A stretch of DNA of 63,744 nucleotides, counting the filler, from Choristocarpus tenellus KU-1152 (Eukaryota > Protista > Phaeophyceae): the NCBI GenBank assembly GCA_964200185.2. It is 8 parts of 8 records of this genome, joined end to end, with 100 filler letters (N's around TTAATTAATTAA, not from the genome) between each part and the next. Parts side by side here need not be neighbours in the genome. Positions count along the whole stretch, not along the records: positions 40,700 to 53,067 come from CAXNAD020001859.1; positions 53,168 to 55,997 come from CAXNAD020024372.1; positions 56,098 to 63,744 come from CAXNAD020005821.1; 5 more parts are not named here. One strand, 5' to 3'. The notes beneath the pieces were generated by a model. It was given only the letters and a program-made list of their open reading frames with translations, did not search any database and was not told the origin of the DNA. Both the position numbers and the translations under genes were made by a program. Position 1 is the stretch's first letter, and every line of letters begins with the position of its first letter. This document shows positions 52,508 through 63,744 of the stretch, one piece after another.

Positions 52508-54523
52508 CAATTCGACTAATGAGGGATGTATTTCAAAATCTGGAGTGAAGATCTATCCCGACACCCAATCACGGTATCCTAACCCCAATAAATGAACCTC
52601 TTGTACGGAATAGATCGTACAGCAAGTCGTCTTAGGAACCCCTGACCTCCAGCACACAGGCACAAGTGACGATAGAGTGCCCGCCAGAGTTGAATCAAAT
52701 CATCTTATCTGCCACCTTTGTGGATGGTCGGTCGGTCAGTTGTTTCATCAAAGAAATGATGAATTAGAAGAGTTGTATTGTCATGTCAGTCTTCCAATAG
52801 TAAATTTGTTTTTTCAGAAGTTACCATTGACTACTTAATATTTTCATGAACTAAGTATACTACTACTACTACTACTTCTAACAAAAAAATTACTTCTGAA
52901 ATGTAATTTTGTATTAATAATTGTAATATTATTTTGGTTTTTAGATGACACGTCACCAAAATGGTTGAGGGAAAAATAAAAATATATGTTTTGAACTTGA
53001 AAATGATAGACAGTAGTACAATATTTGATAGTGCTGAAGTAACTGATTAGTGGTTTCCACGCATTGTNNNNNNNNNNNNNNNNNNNNNNNNNNNNNNNNN
53101 NNNNNNNNNNNTTAATTAATTAANNNNNNNNNNNNNNNNNNNNNNNNNNNNNNNNNNNNNNNNNNNNCCAAAAAAGTGAAAATCGATGCCGACCCCCCCC
53201 CCCCCCAGATACTTTGACCCACAGCTTGCATTGAAAGGGATGGTTCAGGTCACTGGACATCCTAGGCAATCGTGTGCCAGCCATAGCACAGAGTGTATAT
53301 TAGGTTTGGAGATTTATTTTGGAGGCTACCCTCTCCTGTGTGAGTCAATCACAATAATGTCTCAATCGGATCCACAGCAACCGTCCTATTCAAAAAAAAA
53401 ATGAAGAATCCGTGATGAGCCTCATGTGAGTCCTTTTTTGCTCTGCCTATTCACGTACAGACTATGCTAAGACCTCCCTGTGCTCAAGCGTGTAGGAGTC
53501 ATGTAAGTCATGCTGTCTGGTACATTTTATGGTTCGGATCGTGGCTGCCTTGCAGTTTACCCCCTGAGTCACCTCTTGAAATACTACAATGCATCTTGAT
53601 GTCTGGTATATATCACTCTCACTATTCAACTGCACAGTCTTATCTAGTTATCTGAGGGTCATATTTCCTTGCTACAGCCTTTAACTTGCCTGTATCTTCA
53701 CTGTTGTGCATGCCATGCTTTTCCACTCTATCCACACTAAACAGTATCTTAGTATACTATAGTGAGATGAGTAGGTTAGTTTCTAGGCAGGATATTTTTT
53801 GTTCTGTTTTCTTTGGGGGGGGGGCATAAACGTTTGACTCCGTGACTGGTAGTGCAACCGTCCTGGGATTTTCAACTGAAAAAAACTCGGCTGTCTCTCA
53901 TTTTTTCAATTCTCCCATGATAGTGCTACATTGAAGGTTGATGCTGTTGCAGACACTCTGCATGAGAACTACACCCAGTGACACTGAAGGCGTTTAGCTT
54001 GGAATTCTGGATTGCAGGAGGTATCGCTTGCATTATTCTCTTTGAAAACAAGTCCCTTAATAAGTAAGCTACGGGAGAATGAACTATTGTGGCTAAATAA
54101 GTTTGTGGGTTCTTTCAGAAGTGGTACTGAGGTACCTTTCAGGGGCCAATTCGGCTCAAAAATATTGTTCCACACCTTAATGTCACCATTTGGGTTGTGT
54201 CTCCATATGTTCTCTATCTATCGTTGTGGGCAAGGGATGGACCAGGCCATGACTCAGGGCAGGGAGGCTGACTCCTTCCTCTCCACTCACTTGGAGGTGA
54301 TTGGCTGCCTGCAGGGGTGCATGGTACATTTCTCGCAGTTGCCGTACCCAGCAACATTCCACAGTGCTATGTCCCCACACTTGCAATTTTCATCGTATCC
54401 TATCTTCCTTCCAACCCACCAGTGCCTGCTGATCCTCAATTGCATCCCCTGAAAAAATGGCGACATGAATAGGCCTCTTTTGTATCCCCCTATATGCGTT
54501 CTTGCTGCCTCAAAATATTGCAG

Positions 54524-54605
54524 CCTCCGGAGTCTTCGTGAGGCTGGTGCTGGGAACAAGACTGTGGTGTTTTCACAGTTCACCTCCTTCCTGGATGTGA
54601 TGCAG
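54524..54605 (+). CDS. Internal exon of a SNF2-family (RAD5/RAD16-like) helicase, C-terminal domain
   Basis: TTGCAG|..LRSLREAGAGNKTVVFSQFTSFLDVMQ|GTAGG; KxVVFSQFTSxLD is the motif IV signature. Other exons were not identified. Confidence 0.7.
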
Positions 54606-56126
54606 GTAGGCTTGTACAAAAGTACAAGGTTGCTTACTGTATCTAAACGCATGGTCGTGGAACTTGCAGGAGGCTGTGTTTGAAGTTTGAAAGATGCATG
54701 CTTATCTACATTTGTAGAACCACGAGCTGATTGCTGTGCTGCTCTTGCTACTGTTGTATATATATTCAACTACCGTTAACTCACTTATTGTAGTGATAAT
54801 TATAGTACAATGTAAAGATGTTCCATTGGCACTCATTGTATGGTAATGCAATGCCACAAGCAATGAGAAGGATAGCAATATTATCAGCGATATGGAGGAA
54901 TGTGTGCACGGTTTGTTGGTGTGTGCATGTGCTCTGCTGTTTGTTTCCTACTGGTACATAGGTGTTCCCTGTGTGATAGGCGTATGACAGTAGTAAGTTG
55001 TATAATAGAACACTTGTTCCTTTGCGATGTTGTTCATGTAGTGAACGTTTATGAGCAAGAAACTGCAGTACGAGACAACTAAGTGTGCACATTTTTTTTA
55101 CAGTTCATGCCAAAAATATGTATTACCAAGCAGTACTGATGTACTTCAGTTTGCATGTACTGTAGGAGCTAACTTTGTGTCGATTTACTAAAATATAGTC
55201 GCATCACTTTGCCACACCATGCAGATTCATTTGGTTCTGTGAGTGTTGTAAATATACATTCATATGATCCCATATGTAGTCTGAGCCGAAGTAAACGAGA
55301 TGTAACCAGATTCTGGCCGTTTTGTATTTATAGCCAGTTTTTTTACCTTTTAACGTTCACCCATATTTCTATGGATGAAGTGCTAAGGTTGACTTGAGAA
55401 TGTTGATTTCTCTCATTTTTGTAAAAAATAAACGATTTTGGCACATATTTGTCATCCTTAAAATGCAACCCTGGGTACCTCTCGTTTACTTTGACTCCAT
55501 GTATGTATTCTGTCGTGGATTGTGTGTGCAAGTGCAACTTTGGACAACATGCACCGAGTCTCTATTTCCGTAGAGTGGGCATGTATGATGTAGGCACATT
55601 TGCCAACCTATTTTTAGATTTAGAGGCAACTGGGGTTGTTGGAACCACACTTTGGGAGTTGAGGAAACCAAGAGTATTCCAGAGCAGTTGTTGTAGTGTT
55701 GATAGTTCCTACTCACAAGCGCTAGGATAAAGTGCTCTTGATAGCAAACCTTAATAGTTCTGCTTTTGTCTCCGTCTACTAACAGCCAATAGGACTAGTG
55801 TAGGAAACAAGCTAGATCCTCCCTAGCCCTGACCCGTGGTCGGAACTACACCTCCATTGCTTCTCATTAAAACTACAACTCGACTGTTATGCTGTAACTA
55901 ACTGCACTGCCCCGTGCATGCCTTGCTTTTTTCTTGTTTGCTGGGTTCAGTCATTCCACCACACAGCGTAAAGCCCCAAAGTATTGTATCTGGGGGGNNN
56001 NNNNNNNNNNNNNNNNNNNNNNNNNNNNNNNNNNNNNNNNNTTAATTAATTAANNNNNNNNNNNNNNNNNNNNNNNNNNNNNNNNNNNNNNNNNNNNTTT
56101 CCATCCTATCCATGAAGCTTATGAAT

Positions 56127-56310
56127 GATTTCGCAGCTCACCATGATTAATTAGTCGCTTCGACGATTGATTTCCCAGCTCACCACGATTAATTAGTCAC
56201 TTCGACGATTGATTTCCCAGCTAGCTCACCACGATTGACTTCCTAGGGATGCCACGATTGATCAGTTGCTTCGACGATTGATTTCCCAGCTAACCACGAT
56301 TAAATTAGTA
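56127..56310. repeat. ~42-bp minisatellite (about 4 units, with a ~21-bp ACGATT sub-period)
   Basis: GATTTCCCAGCTCACCACGATTAATTAGTCGCTTCGACGATT repeated with variation. Confidence 0.85.
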
Positions 56311-56394
56311 CAAAACCGATATTGTACCACATCAATTCTGTGCCGCTTTTTTCGGGCATGCCCATGGGTGAACAAAATCAGGGTAGGTATTGTA

Positions 56395-56825
56395 ATGATT
56401 TCCAATGTTCCGAAACTAAAAGGTCAAAAAAAAAATGGTACCCTCCAATTTTTTGAGATACAAAATCTGAAATTGTTGGACATTTGTATTCTTAAAGAGT
56501 GAAACTATCTTAGAGGGTACACCATAGCCAAAATTACATCAAAATCACAACATTGTATTTTGACCCCCAAATGGACGCGGCTCTATCCTCTAAGATACTT
56601 TGGCTCTAAAAATACCAGAGACGACAAAAAGCGGTTCTTGAGTTTCGGTGATTTCTCTTTCTGTTGACAATTGTGTTGGAATATCATTATTATTATGTAA
56701 AAACAAATTATACCATATGTGCGGAAAGTGCCCATATGTTTTTTTTTGTAAATGTTGCGGCCTTTTTTATGGGCCCCTTTTTGAATGGGAATCCATGCCG
56801 AAGGCGGTAGTAGGACATACTTAAT
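56395..56825 (-). repeat. Dispersed repeat Y (copy 2) with a 110-bp MITE-A (56497-56606, TSD TAAA)
   Basis: Matches 12960-13370, but the segment order is permuted. Confidence 0.85.
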
Positions 56826-56829
56826 CGAT

Positions 56830-57248
56830 CGTCTATTACCTCCAAAGCTATTAAAATCATCTGCCTGCTTAGACGGCATTGCACTTCTCTGTCGGCAAAC
56901 AACCTGGAGGTGTCCCTTACCTCCACAGTTGTAGCATAGTCCTTCGAAAGAACAAGGACCAGCATGTTTGAACAGTCCACATTCTGAACATCTCCTGATC
57001 TCGTTCCTGGCACAGGATCCTGTCGTACCAGGTTCTGTACGATGATCAGTCGTACCTTGGCTGCCTCCTCGGCCAACGTTTTTGTGTGTCCTTGCGGCCA
57101 GAGCTTTCCCAGGCTCTCCGCGATCAGCTACCTCCCATCGGAGAGAGAAGTAGCACGATCGAGCAGCTTGTTGTATTTTAGCTCTCGATCGCTCACTCTT
57201 ATGATGATGCTGGAGGTAGTGTTTGGTGATATGATATTCGTCATCCAA
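56830..57248 (-). pseudogene. Retroelement gag C-terminal fragment with a CCHC zinc knuckle
   Basis: KALAART..CSECGLFKHAGPC..CYNCGGKGHLQVVC; the reading frame runs into repeat Y. Confidence 0.65.
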
Positions 57249-57277
57249 ACAATCTAACTTAGCGATATGTTGTGTTA

Positions 57278-57529
57278 GAACACTAGTAAACCCCTGTGTC
57301 TACCGAGCAGACAGTCAGCAACAAAGGCTAATCCCGGGGATCACAAGCTGTTAGCCTTGATGAGGTTTCACCCGAGGGTTGCTATCCCTCTAATCAGCAA
57401 CCAACTTCAGCGGGGTAGTTACTAATATGAGGTTGTGTATCCTGGCAGCATGTTTAGCCTTTTGACGGATGTGTAACCATGTAACCATACCATAATTTGA
57501 TCCCCTGACAGTAGGGTTTACTAGTGTTC
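57278..57529. mobile_element. Tourist/PIF-Harbinger-like MITE with partial tandem copies to ~57765
   Basis: Perfect 16-bp TIR GAACACTAGTAAACCC / GGGTTTACTAGTGTTC flanked by TTA on both sides; body duplicated at ~57535-57720 and left end again at ~57728. Confidence 0.75.
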
Positions 57530-57789
57530 TTATCAAAGCTAATCCCGGGGATCGCAAGCTGTTAGACTTGATGAGGTTTCGCCCAAGGGTTGCTATCCCT
57601 CTAACCAGTGACTCAACTTCGGCGGGTCAGTTACTAATGTGAGGTTGTGTATCCTGGCGCCATGTTTAGCCTTTTGACAGATGCGTTACCATGGCGAGAT
57701 TCGATCCCACAAGAGAAGGGTTTGATAGAAAACTAGCAAACCCCTGTGTCTACCGAGCAGACAGCTGGCTGACTGCGAAGGGGAATCGT

Positions 57790-58422
57790 GTGAGGCTCGT
57801 AACCTGTTGGAACCTGAATCGAATGCATCATACATGTAAGCAAATTGCATAGACTACGAGCGATGAAGAATCATGGTGTTGCAAAGCGCTGATGAGTGAT
57901 ATACGTAGTCTATGTTATGCATAGATGCGATTTTCTGCAAAGTACCGATGGATTTGTTCTGTTGCAACTGAGGTCATTGATCTCTCAGTCAAGAATGATG
58001 CGATGTGAATTCAGTATTCTTGGTTGCTCAATTCAGAATGATGTGATTTGAATTCAGTGTTATTTCATGAGATACTCAACGAAAGAAGTCCTCGTTACCT
58101 TGGCTGACAAGGGTTTCCGCGGATGGGTTTAACTCTGATTTTATAACATCCATGTGTGTGTTTGGTACACTGTTTGCAGAGTGTGTTTTGGTGCATTGTG
58201 AGAATTAATGACAGCTATGAAAGAAATAATAATCAACAATCAACGTACAACTGTCATCTTCTGGTGATAAGAGGAAGAAAGAGTGAAGAAAAAACAAACA
58301 AGGGAACAACAGAACAAGCTTGAACCAATGTGTGATGCAACTCAAGTGACGTATACTGTACTATACTATTTGTGTGGAACGCACAGAGCGACTGTTCTGT
58401 AGTACGGTGTTCTGATGGTAAT
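57790..58422 (-). repeat. Dispersed repeat X (copy 2, MITE-free)
   Basis: Reverse complement of 38441-39160; its end also matches ~61250-61300. Confidence 0.85.
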
Positions 58423-58749
58423 TGATGTGGTGATGATGAACTTATGACAGTAACGTCTAGAGTGTAACAGATCAATCAACAGTCAGTGTTGATGTTACAG
58501 GCACCCCAGAAAGCTTACCTCCCCAGGATGTATAGCTCCAATCCACGGTTGTATAGATGATGCTGATGTACGTATAGGACTCCTGATGCGCAAGTCGTCA
58601 AGTATGCTGGATCTCTCACTTGGATTATTGTCAATGTCATACAAAAAGGAACTGGTCTACGATGTCTTATCCCAATCGGGGACCATAATGACCAAATAAT
58701 AAATAAATAATCAAGAAGTACAAATATATCAAACCTAGAAATTCAATGT

Positions 58750-59430
58750 CGTAATGGTGCTTATGAAACCGCCATCAAGATATATCGCCTGTGACATTGA
58801 CTGGTGGAACTATATCCTATCAATGAACAAACAGAAGAGTAGCCTATATTTAACATGTAGCACCTGCTCGGACATCACATGCCCCATCATCGCCATCTGG
58901 CCAACCCAGTCCAACAACACCGTAAAAGTGATTTGTGGATCTGACCCCCATGGCATCTTGACTGTCATCACCTTCTTTTGAAGTCTTGCTATTTCCTCAT
59001 CTGAATGGATTAGGAAATGTTCCCGTGGCTGTTGCCAAGCTCCTGAAGGTGATGCTGCATTGCGGACAATGCACCTGTAAAACCCGCTGGTACCCCTTCA
59101 ACAGGACGTCATACGCCTTCTTGGCTTTGGTGACCTCATCTTCACTGACATCTGGCTCAAAGTATCTGGAGGGGGTGGCAGCTGTCCATTTGGGGGTAGT
59201 TTTTTCATGTCGCGATTTTTGGGTATTTGATTCCATACGTCGGATGGATAATGAAATTGCACTTTTTCTGGTTATGGCCAAAATGGACACCCTGGCGTAG
59301 AACCCCCCCCTCCCCCCCCAGATACTTCGGGTCATCTTCCCACTTAGTGAAATCTATGTCACCCACTCTGATAGGTTCCTCCCTGATCTCTCTAGTGCCT
59401 CATCAATATCGCCCTTTGCACACAAAAATG
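58750..59430 (-). pseudogene. Ty1/copia gag relic interrupted by a family-B MITE
   Basis: EEPIRVGDIDFTKWED[MITE]VSEDEVTKAKKAYDVLL, then after a frameshift ASPSGAWQQPREHF..IARLQKKVMTVKMPWGSDP..MGHVMSE (UBN2/gag-like). Confidence 0.65.
59154..59333 (+). mobile_element. MITE family B, complete (180 bp), TSD ATCT
   Basis: ATCT|GGCTCAAAGTATCTGGAGGGGG...CCCCCCCCAGATACTTCGGGTC|ATCT; removing it restores the host reading frame. Confidence 0.93.
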
Positions 59431-59817
59431 CACGGGTTGTGGCGAACCAATCGGCATAGTTGTCATTCGTCAGTTGAAGGAGTTTGATGTGAAACCCATC
59501 GGAAGCCATGAGTAATGTAATGCCAACTCAAACCAAACCAGCCCGGCTGCGCCTCCCCTAGCTAGAGTTTGAATTAGGGCGCTTAAGCATGTTGAGAAGC
59601 TTGGTGCATGTAAGGCTCGTCGCTGAAAGCTAGTTGTTGAATTATATGGTAAAACAAACACTGAATTATTAATTGTCCACTGGGTGCCCAATATCACTAG
59701 CATTGGCCCACCATACCACTATGCACGTTACTACTTTGTATTGTACCGAACGAAAGATAAACGCACACGAAACCTATGTTTTATACTTATATCAGCACAG
59801 ACAACGTAAGGATAACA

Positions 59818-60573
59818 CTAGGTTATTTGACAGTGCTGATGTACCGTAATCAGACTTTCCCCCCGAAATGGCCTTGGTGAGACAGACCTGGGTGGAGAAG
59901 AATCTCTGATTCGACGATGACGTCTAGGTGAATGCGTGTGCCTCTGTGTTCTTCTCTGGTCCTCCGTGTGTCTCGTTGAGAGTGCTTGTCTCGGGATCTC
60001 AACCTGGAGTGGGATCTGCCACGAGTGGAAGACCGAAAGCGAATGCGTTTCTCTGGACCTGCTGCGGCCTTTGGTGGAGTGGACACAAATGCTGCGAGAA
60101 TTGTGGGGTGGTGCGGTACTGGGTTGGAGTCTCTCTGGATCATTGCGGTGTTCAGTGGAATGGACACGACTGCTGCGAGAATTGTGTGGGGGTGCGGTAC
60201 TGGGCTGGAGTCTCTCCGAATCATTGATTCCTTGAGGAATCTGTGGAACAGAGATGACTTCGACTCTCTGTGAACTCTGTGGGCCAGACATGTCTGTGTA
60301 CCTGGGAAATAAAGGACAATGTGGCATACGAAAAGAGGATGGGGATGTGAGTACATGGAGGAAAACATCTACCTGGGCAACGTCTAGACCATGGTCAGAA
60401 ACCACGCATTTACGATAATAGGTGTATGATGTTTCCCTTGGAGCCAAAGATGCCATCATACTAGGCCTTCCCTCCAAGTTAGGAGGTGGGGCAAGCTCTC
60501 CAAGACCACCCAGGGAGACGACAAGGCCAAGCAGAAGAAAATACCGTAGACAACGAAAGAAGTCCAAGACCAT
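59818..60573 (-). other. 251-aa ORF of unknown nature with an 81-bp tandem duplication
   Basis: ND(S/P)ERLQPSTAPPHNSRS..VHST occurs twice (~60075-60225); Arg/Ser-rich tail; no domain recognised. Confidence 0.25.
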
Positions 60574-61320
60574 TCAAGAAGACCACAAAACCAAGTAGGA
60601 AAAAAAATCCAGGCCATTGTAGGGAGCTACCAAGAATCCTAAGCACTGAGGTGAATACTGAGTGTTCTCTCCAGTTTGGAGAGATGCAGTAGGACCTCCA
60701 TGTTAAAAACACGCTCCAGAAGCTTACCTCCACAGGATATATATACACCATTGCGGTTATTGAAAGAATTTATGAAGTGGCTCAAGTGGTTGATTGAGGC
60801 ACTCTTTTGTTAGCATCATCCACCGATTTCTACAATCTACAAGTTAAAAGACATCTGCAAACTGCTGTATACATACTCAAATTGCAAATCTTATTCTGCA
60901 ACTTCTAGCAAAACGGCATTTCTCTTTGTAAGGTTCTGTACATGCTACAAATCTTACTCTGCATCTTCAAGCAAATCGGGGTTCCTCTTGTAAGAATCCT
61001 TGCGTATGTATACTGATCGCGATTGTTAGAACGCGGGAAGAAATACTCGCGCTATTCGCCTCTAACAAAGCCTCTATTCACAGCATATCTTGCTTTGAGT
61101 GTGTCAAAGAATACAGCCACAGCTTTGTACCAAATAACCTCTTGACTGTGTACAGCATGTCATTAGGTTCATCAGGGCGAATTCACCAGTGCTTCACTAC
61201 ACTATAAGAGACCCCTTCTCCATAAACCTGTCCCTGCACAAGAAAGCACGATTAATTCAACCTCAGGTTTCAACAGGTTATAGCCTCACACCATCCCCCT
61301 ACACTCCCTCGCAAAGTATT

Positions 61321-62760
61321 CAGGGCACCAGGTACATAAAGGTCGACGAGCTCTCTATGATCAGTTAACTTCAAATGTCTTGTGTGGACAAGAGGCTAAG
61401 GCACCCTATGGGTGTGTGACAGAGTTGTTTGGGGGCATGTGCATTATCCTGACAGGTGATAAGCAGCTTCTGTCCAATGGGGGAAAACCACTCCATACAG
61501 AAGAAGCCACTGACAAGCATAATTGAGCTGGCTTCACTGCCTACCATTCCTTCCAGAATGCAGTAATTCTCGACGATATGCAGTTGCAAGAAGTGGCGAA
61601 TGGTGGGGATGACAACCAAAAAAGATTTCTTAGACCTCCTCTCGCAGGCATGTGATAAGAACCTCCCTGAGGAAGACTGGGAACTCCTCAAGTCATGTGC
61701 TCTACAAATATTTACTGCTCAAGCGACAAAGCACTTTAAGGATACATCCCGCTAGTTCTAGTCCAAGGAAGAGGTTGGTAAGGAAAATGACAAGGATCTC
61801 GTGCGTCTGAGAACTCCTGTGGCTATCTAAGATTGAAAGGGAATACAACAACCAGACAACCAGAACTGCTTCTCCATATTGAGCCAGGAGACTAGAGCCC
61901 ACGCTGTGTACAGTGCAAAGGGAGCCAAAATCATCATCACACGAAATCTATGGTAGGAGGTGGGTCTGTTACGGGCGAATCGCGTAAGTATTTCTCCTCG
62001 TGCTCTAACCAGTACGAGCAGTAAACGTCTGCACGGAACCCCCAATTGGGGAAGTCCGATTTGCTATAGTTGCAGAGTGAAATCTGTAACTTAGAATAAA
62101 GCAACAGTTTTCAGATGTAAGACAGCGTCTGTAAACTCGAAGAAATAGATTAATGAATAAAGACAGCCCAGGCTTCACTCTTTTCTATTGTGGTGAATTC
62201 CACATTGAATAAGAGTATACCTTCATCTGCTGACCTGATATTCACCATCCTCGCTGGACCCTAGGCTGTCAGTGTACCTCAGGAGTCTTGCACAGGCATC
62301 GACGTTATCTATAGGCTTGTGGCCTGGAGCTATACATCCCGTGGAGGTAAACTTCGGAGTGTGCTGTAACAGGTCTGGTCAACGGCATTTATAGGGCTAT
62401 CAGGGTCATTGTGCACGCCCAGGGTAATGACCACCAAGCCTCCCAAATTTCAGCCTGGTTGAGTTTGATGGATACAAAGGTCCCTTTTGTAACCCTGACA
62501 AGTACCCTTGTTGCGTACTCGCAACTCTCATCGAGGCATCTTCATATGGCCATGATGGAGAGGACGAAAGCAAAATCAAGCGAGGAGTCTACTCGTAGCC
62601 TTGTGCTGGACCAAGTGCAAGGCACATGGGCAGACAATGATACCCAAGGTTGTCATTAACATTGGACCATTGGAAAAATCGAAGTTCTCATCTTTGATTT
62701 CTTAACAGGGTCAACAAATAAAGGACTTGGTTGTAGAAACCGTGCCATTTGATTGCCTAA
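61321..62760 (+). pseudogene. Pif1-family helicase pseudogene (Helitron RepHel-type), split by a solo LTR
   Basis: YIKVDELSMIS..VDKRLR..LFGGMCIILTGD.QL..FQNAVILD..EEDWELL..GAKIIITRNLW*EVGL[LTR]VNG..LVEFDGYKGP..AHGQT..KVVINIG. Confidence 0.85.
61967..62371. mobile_element. Solo LTR (405 bp), TSD GGTC
   Basis: TGTTAC...GTAACA termini with a GGTC direct repeat on both sides; excision restores GGT CTG GTC AAC GGC (GLVNG). Confidence 0.9.
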
Positions 62761-63744
62761 AGAACATAGCGACAGAGCTGTAATGACGATCAGGAATAGA
62801 GAGGAGGCCAGGCTATGTCAACTAGCAGACGTATTCATCCTGCGCCACCATGAGAGACAGGGGTGGGGCTGGGGCGTTCAGAACCCTCTCTAATGTAGGT
62901 ACAGACTACCCACCACATGAACAAAGTTATGTAATGGATTAAAAGCAACAACAGTATTTTGCATCCTTCAATATTTTTTCCATGCTGACACACACACTCC
63001 AACACTAACATATACCTACACACAGGTCAGCGATAGGAATGTAGTGTGATATAGTGTGACTGGGGTGCCTGGTGATACAGCTGGTGATACAGATGATATC
63101 CATCACTCCGCATGCAGTGATAGCTCCTAATACCCTATACCTAGTATTGAATGTTTTTACACTATGAGCTTTAATGAAGTTGCTGGCAAGCTCAACATCT
63201 TCTATCACAAACCATTATTTAGTCAGCTTCTGTTCCGGAAAGCAGACACCGCTACCTGGGATTCCTTTTGTTTGCCTCCAAGTTCCTCCATCATCTCCTC
63301 CTTGTACGTGTAGATATCTGACCTCCCTAGGGGGGCCGTGACTGTAGGTAGGATAAACTTGTCCAAACGAGTGCGAAGTCAACCTTCAGTCAGTGGTGTA
63401 AGCACATACATGTACTCCATACATTGCACCAGAAGGGAGTAACGGAGGGGGTCCCAAATACCCAATGGCACCCCCCCCCAAGAAAGGTTAGTGCGATCTC
63501 CCTAGTCTGTATGGTTTGATTGGTCTCTGAAAGAGACTCACCTTCTCAGGAAGCACACAATACCTGCTCCTCTGTGACTTCTTGCCATTAGTGTTTGTCC
63601 TGCTGTATAGTTATGTGACTTGGATGCTCAGCAAGGAACACCATGTCAATTTTGTCTTCACTGCCACCAACTCCTACCGGGTTGCATTGGATTCCGCGAA
63701 AGGGATTGGGTCAAAGTATCTTGGGGGGGGGGTGGTTTGTTAGG

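Noticed and set aside
57330-57470. Hammerhead ribozyme-like TGATGAG plus hairpin
   Set aside because: Lacks the CUGANGA and GAAA core arrangement; it lies within a TIR MITE.
1-63744. Fanzor/TnpB or an autonomous transposase partner for the MITEs
   Set aside because: No RuvC/zinc-finger or Sola-type ORF was recognised. The only transposase is a mariner relic, whose TA target does not fit the 4-bp TSDs.

Overview
Eukaryotic nuclear DNA, rich in repeats, most likely from a brown alga or a close photosynthetic stramenopile. This is inferred from an EsV-1-7 repeat gene, a bipartite plastid-targeting-like N-terminus and long GT-AG introns. Seven artificial 100-nt N/TTAATTAATTAA/N linkers join the contigs, so adjacency across them is uncertain. 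Spliced host genes that I reconstructed by hand, mostly invisible in the ORF track, are: a 5-exon HNH endonuclease with a probable organelle-targeting leader (46510-52507, -), an exostosin/GT47-like glycosyltransferase (3 exons, 3' end missing), an EsV-1-7 Cys-repeat protein (3 exons, 5' end missing), one SNF2/RAD5-like helicase exon and a Gly-rich exon. Most of the remaining recognisable sequence is nested transposon relics: two Ty3/gypsy pol relics, a mariner transposase, a CRE-like RLE non-LTR element, a Helitron-type Pif1 helicase split by a solo LTR, a complete gag-only copia-derived LTR element with a TSD, and copia gag fragments. Superimposed is a burst of about 20 copies of two related MITE families with 4-bp TSDs (Sola2-like; family A has GAG...CTC termini), and one insertion is proven by a paralogous empty site inside the window. 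No rRNA, tRNA or CRISPR array was found.
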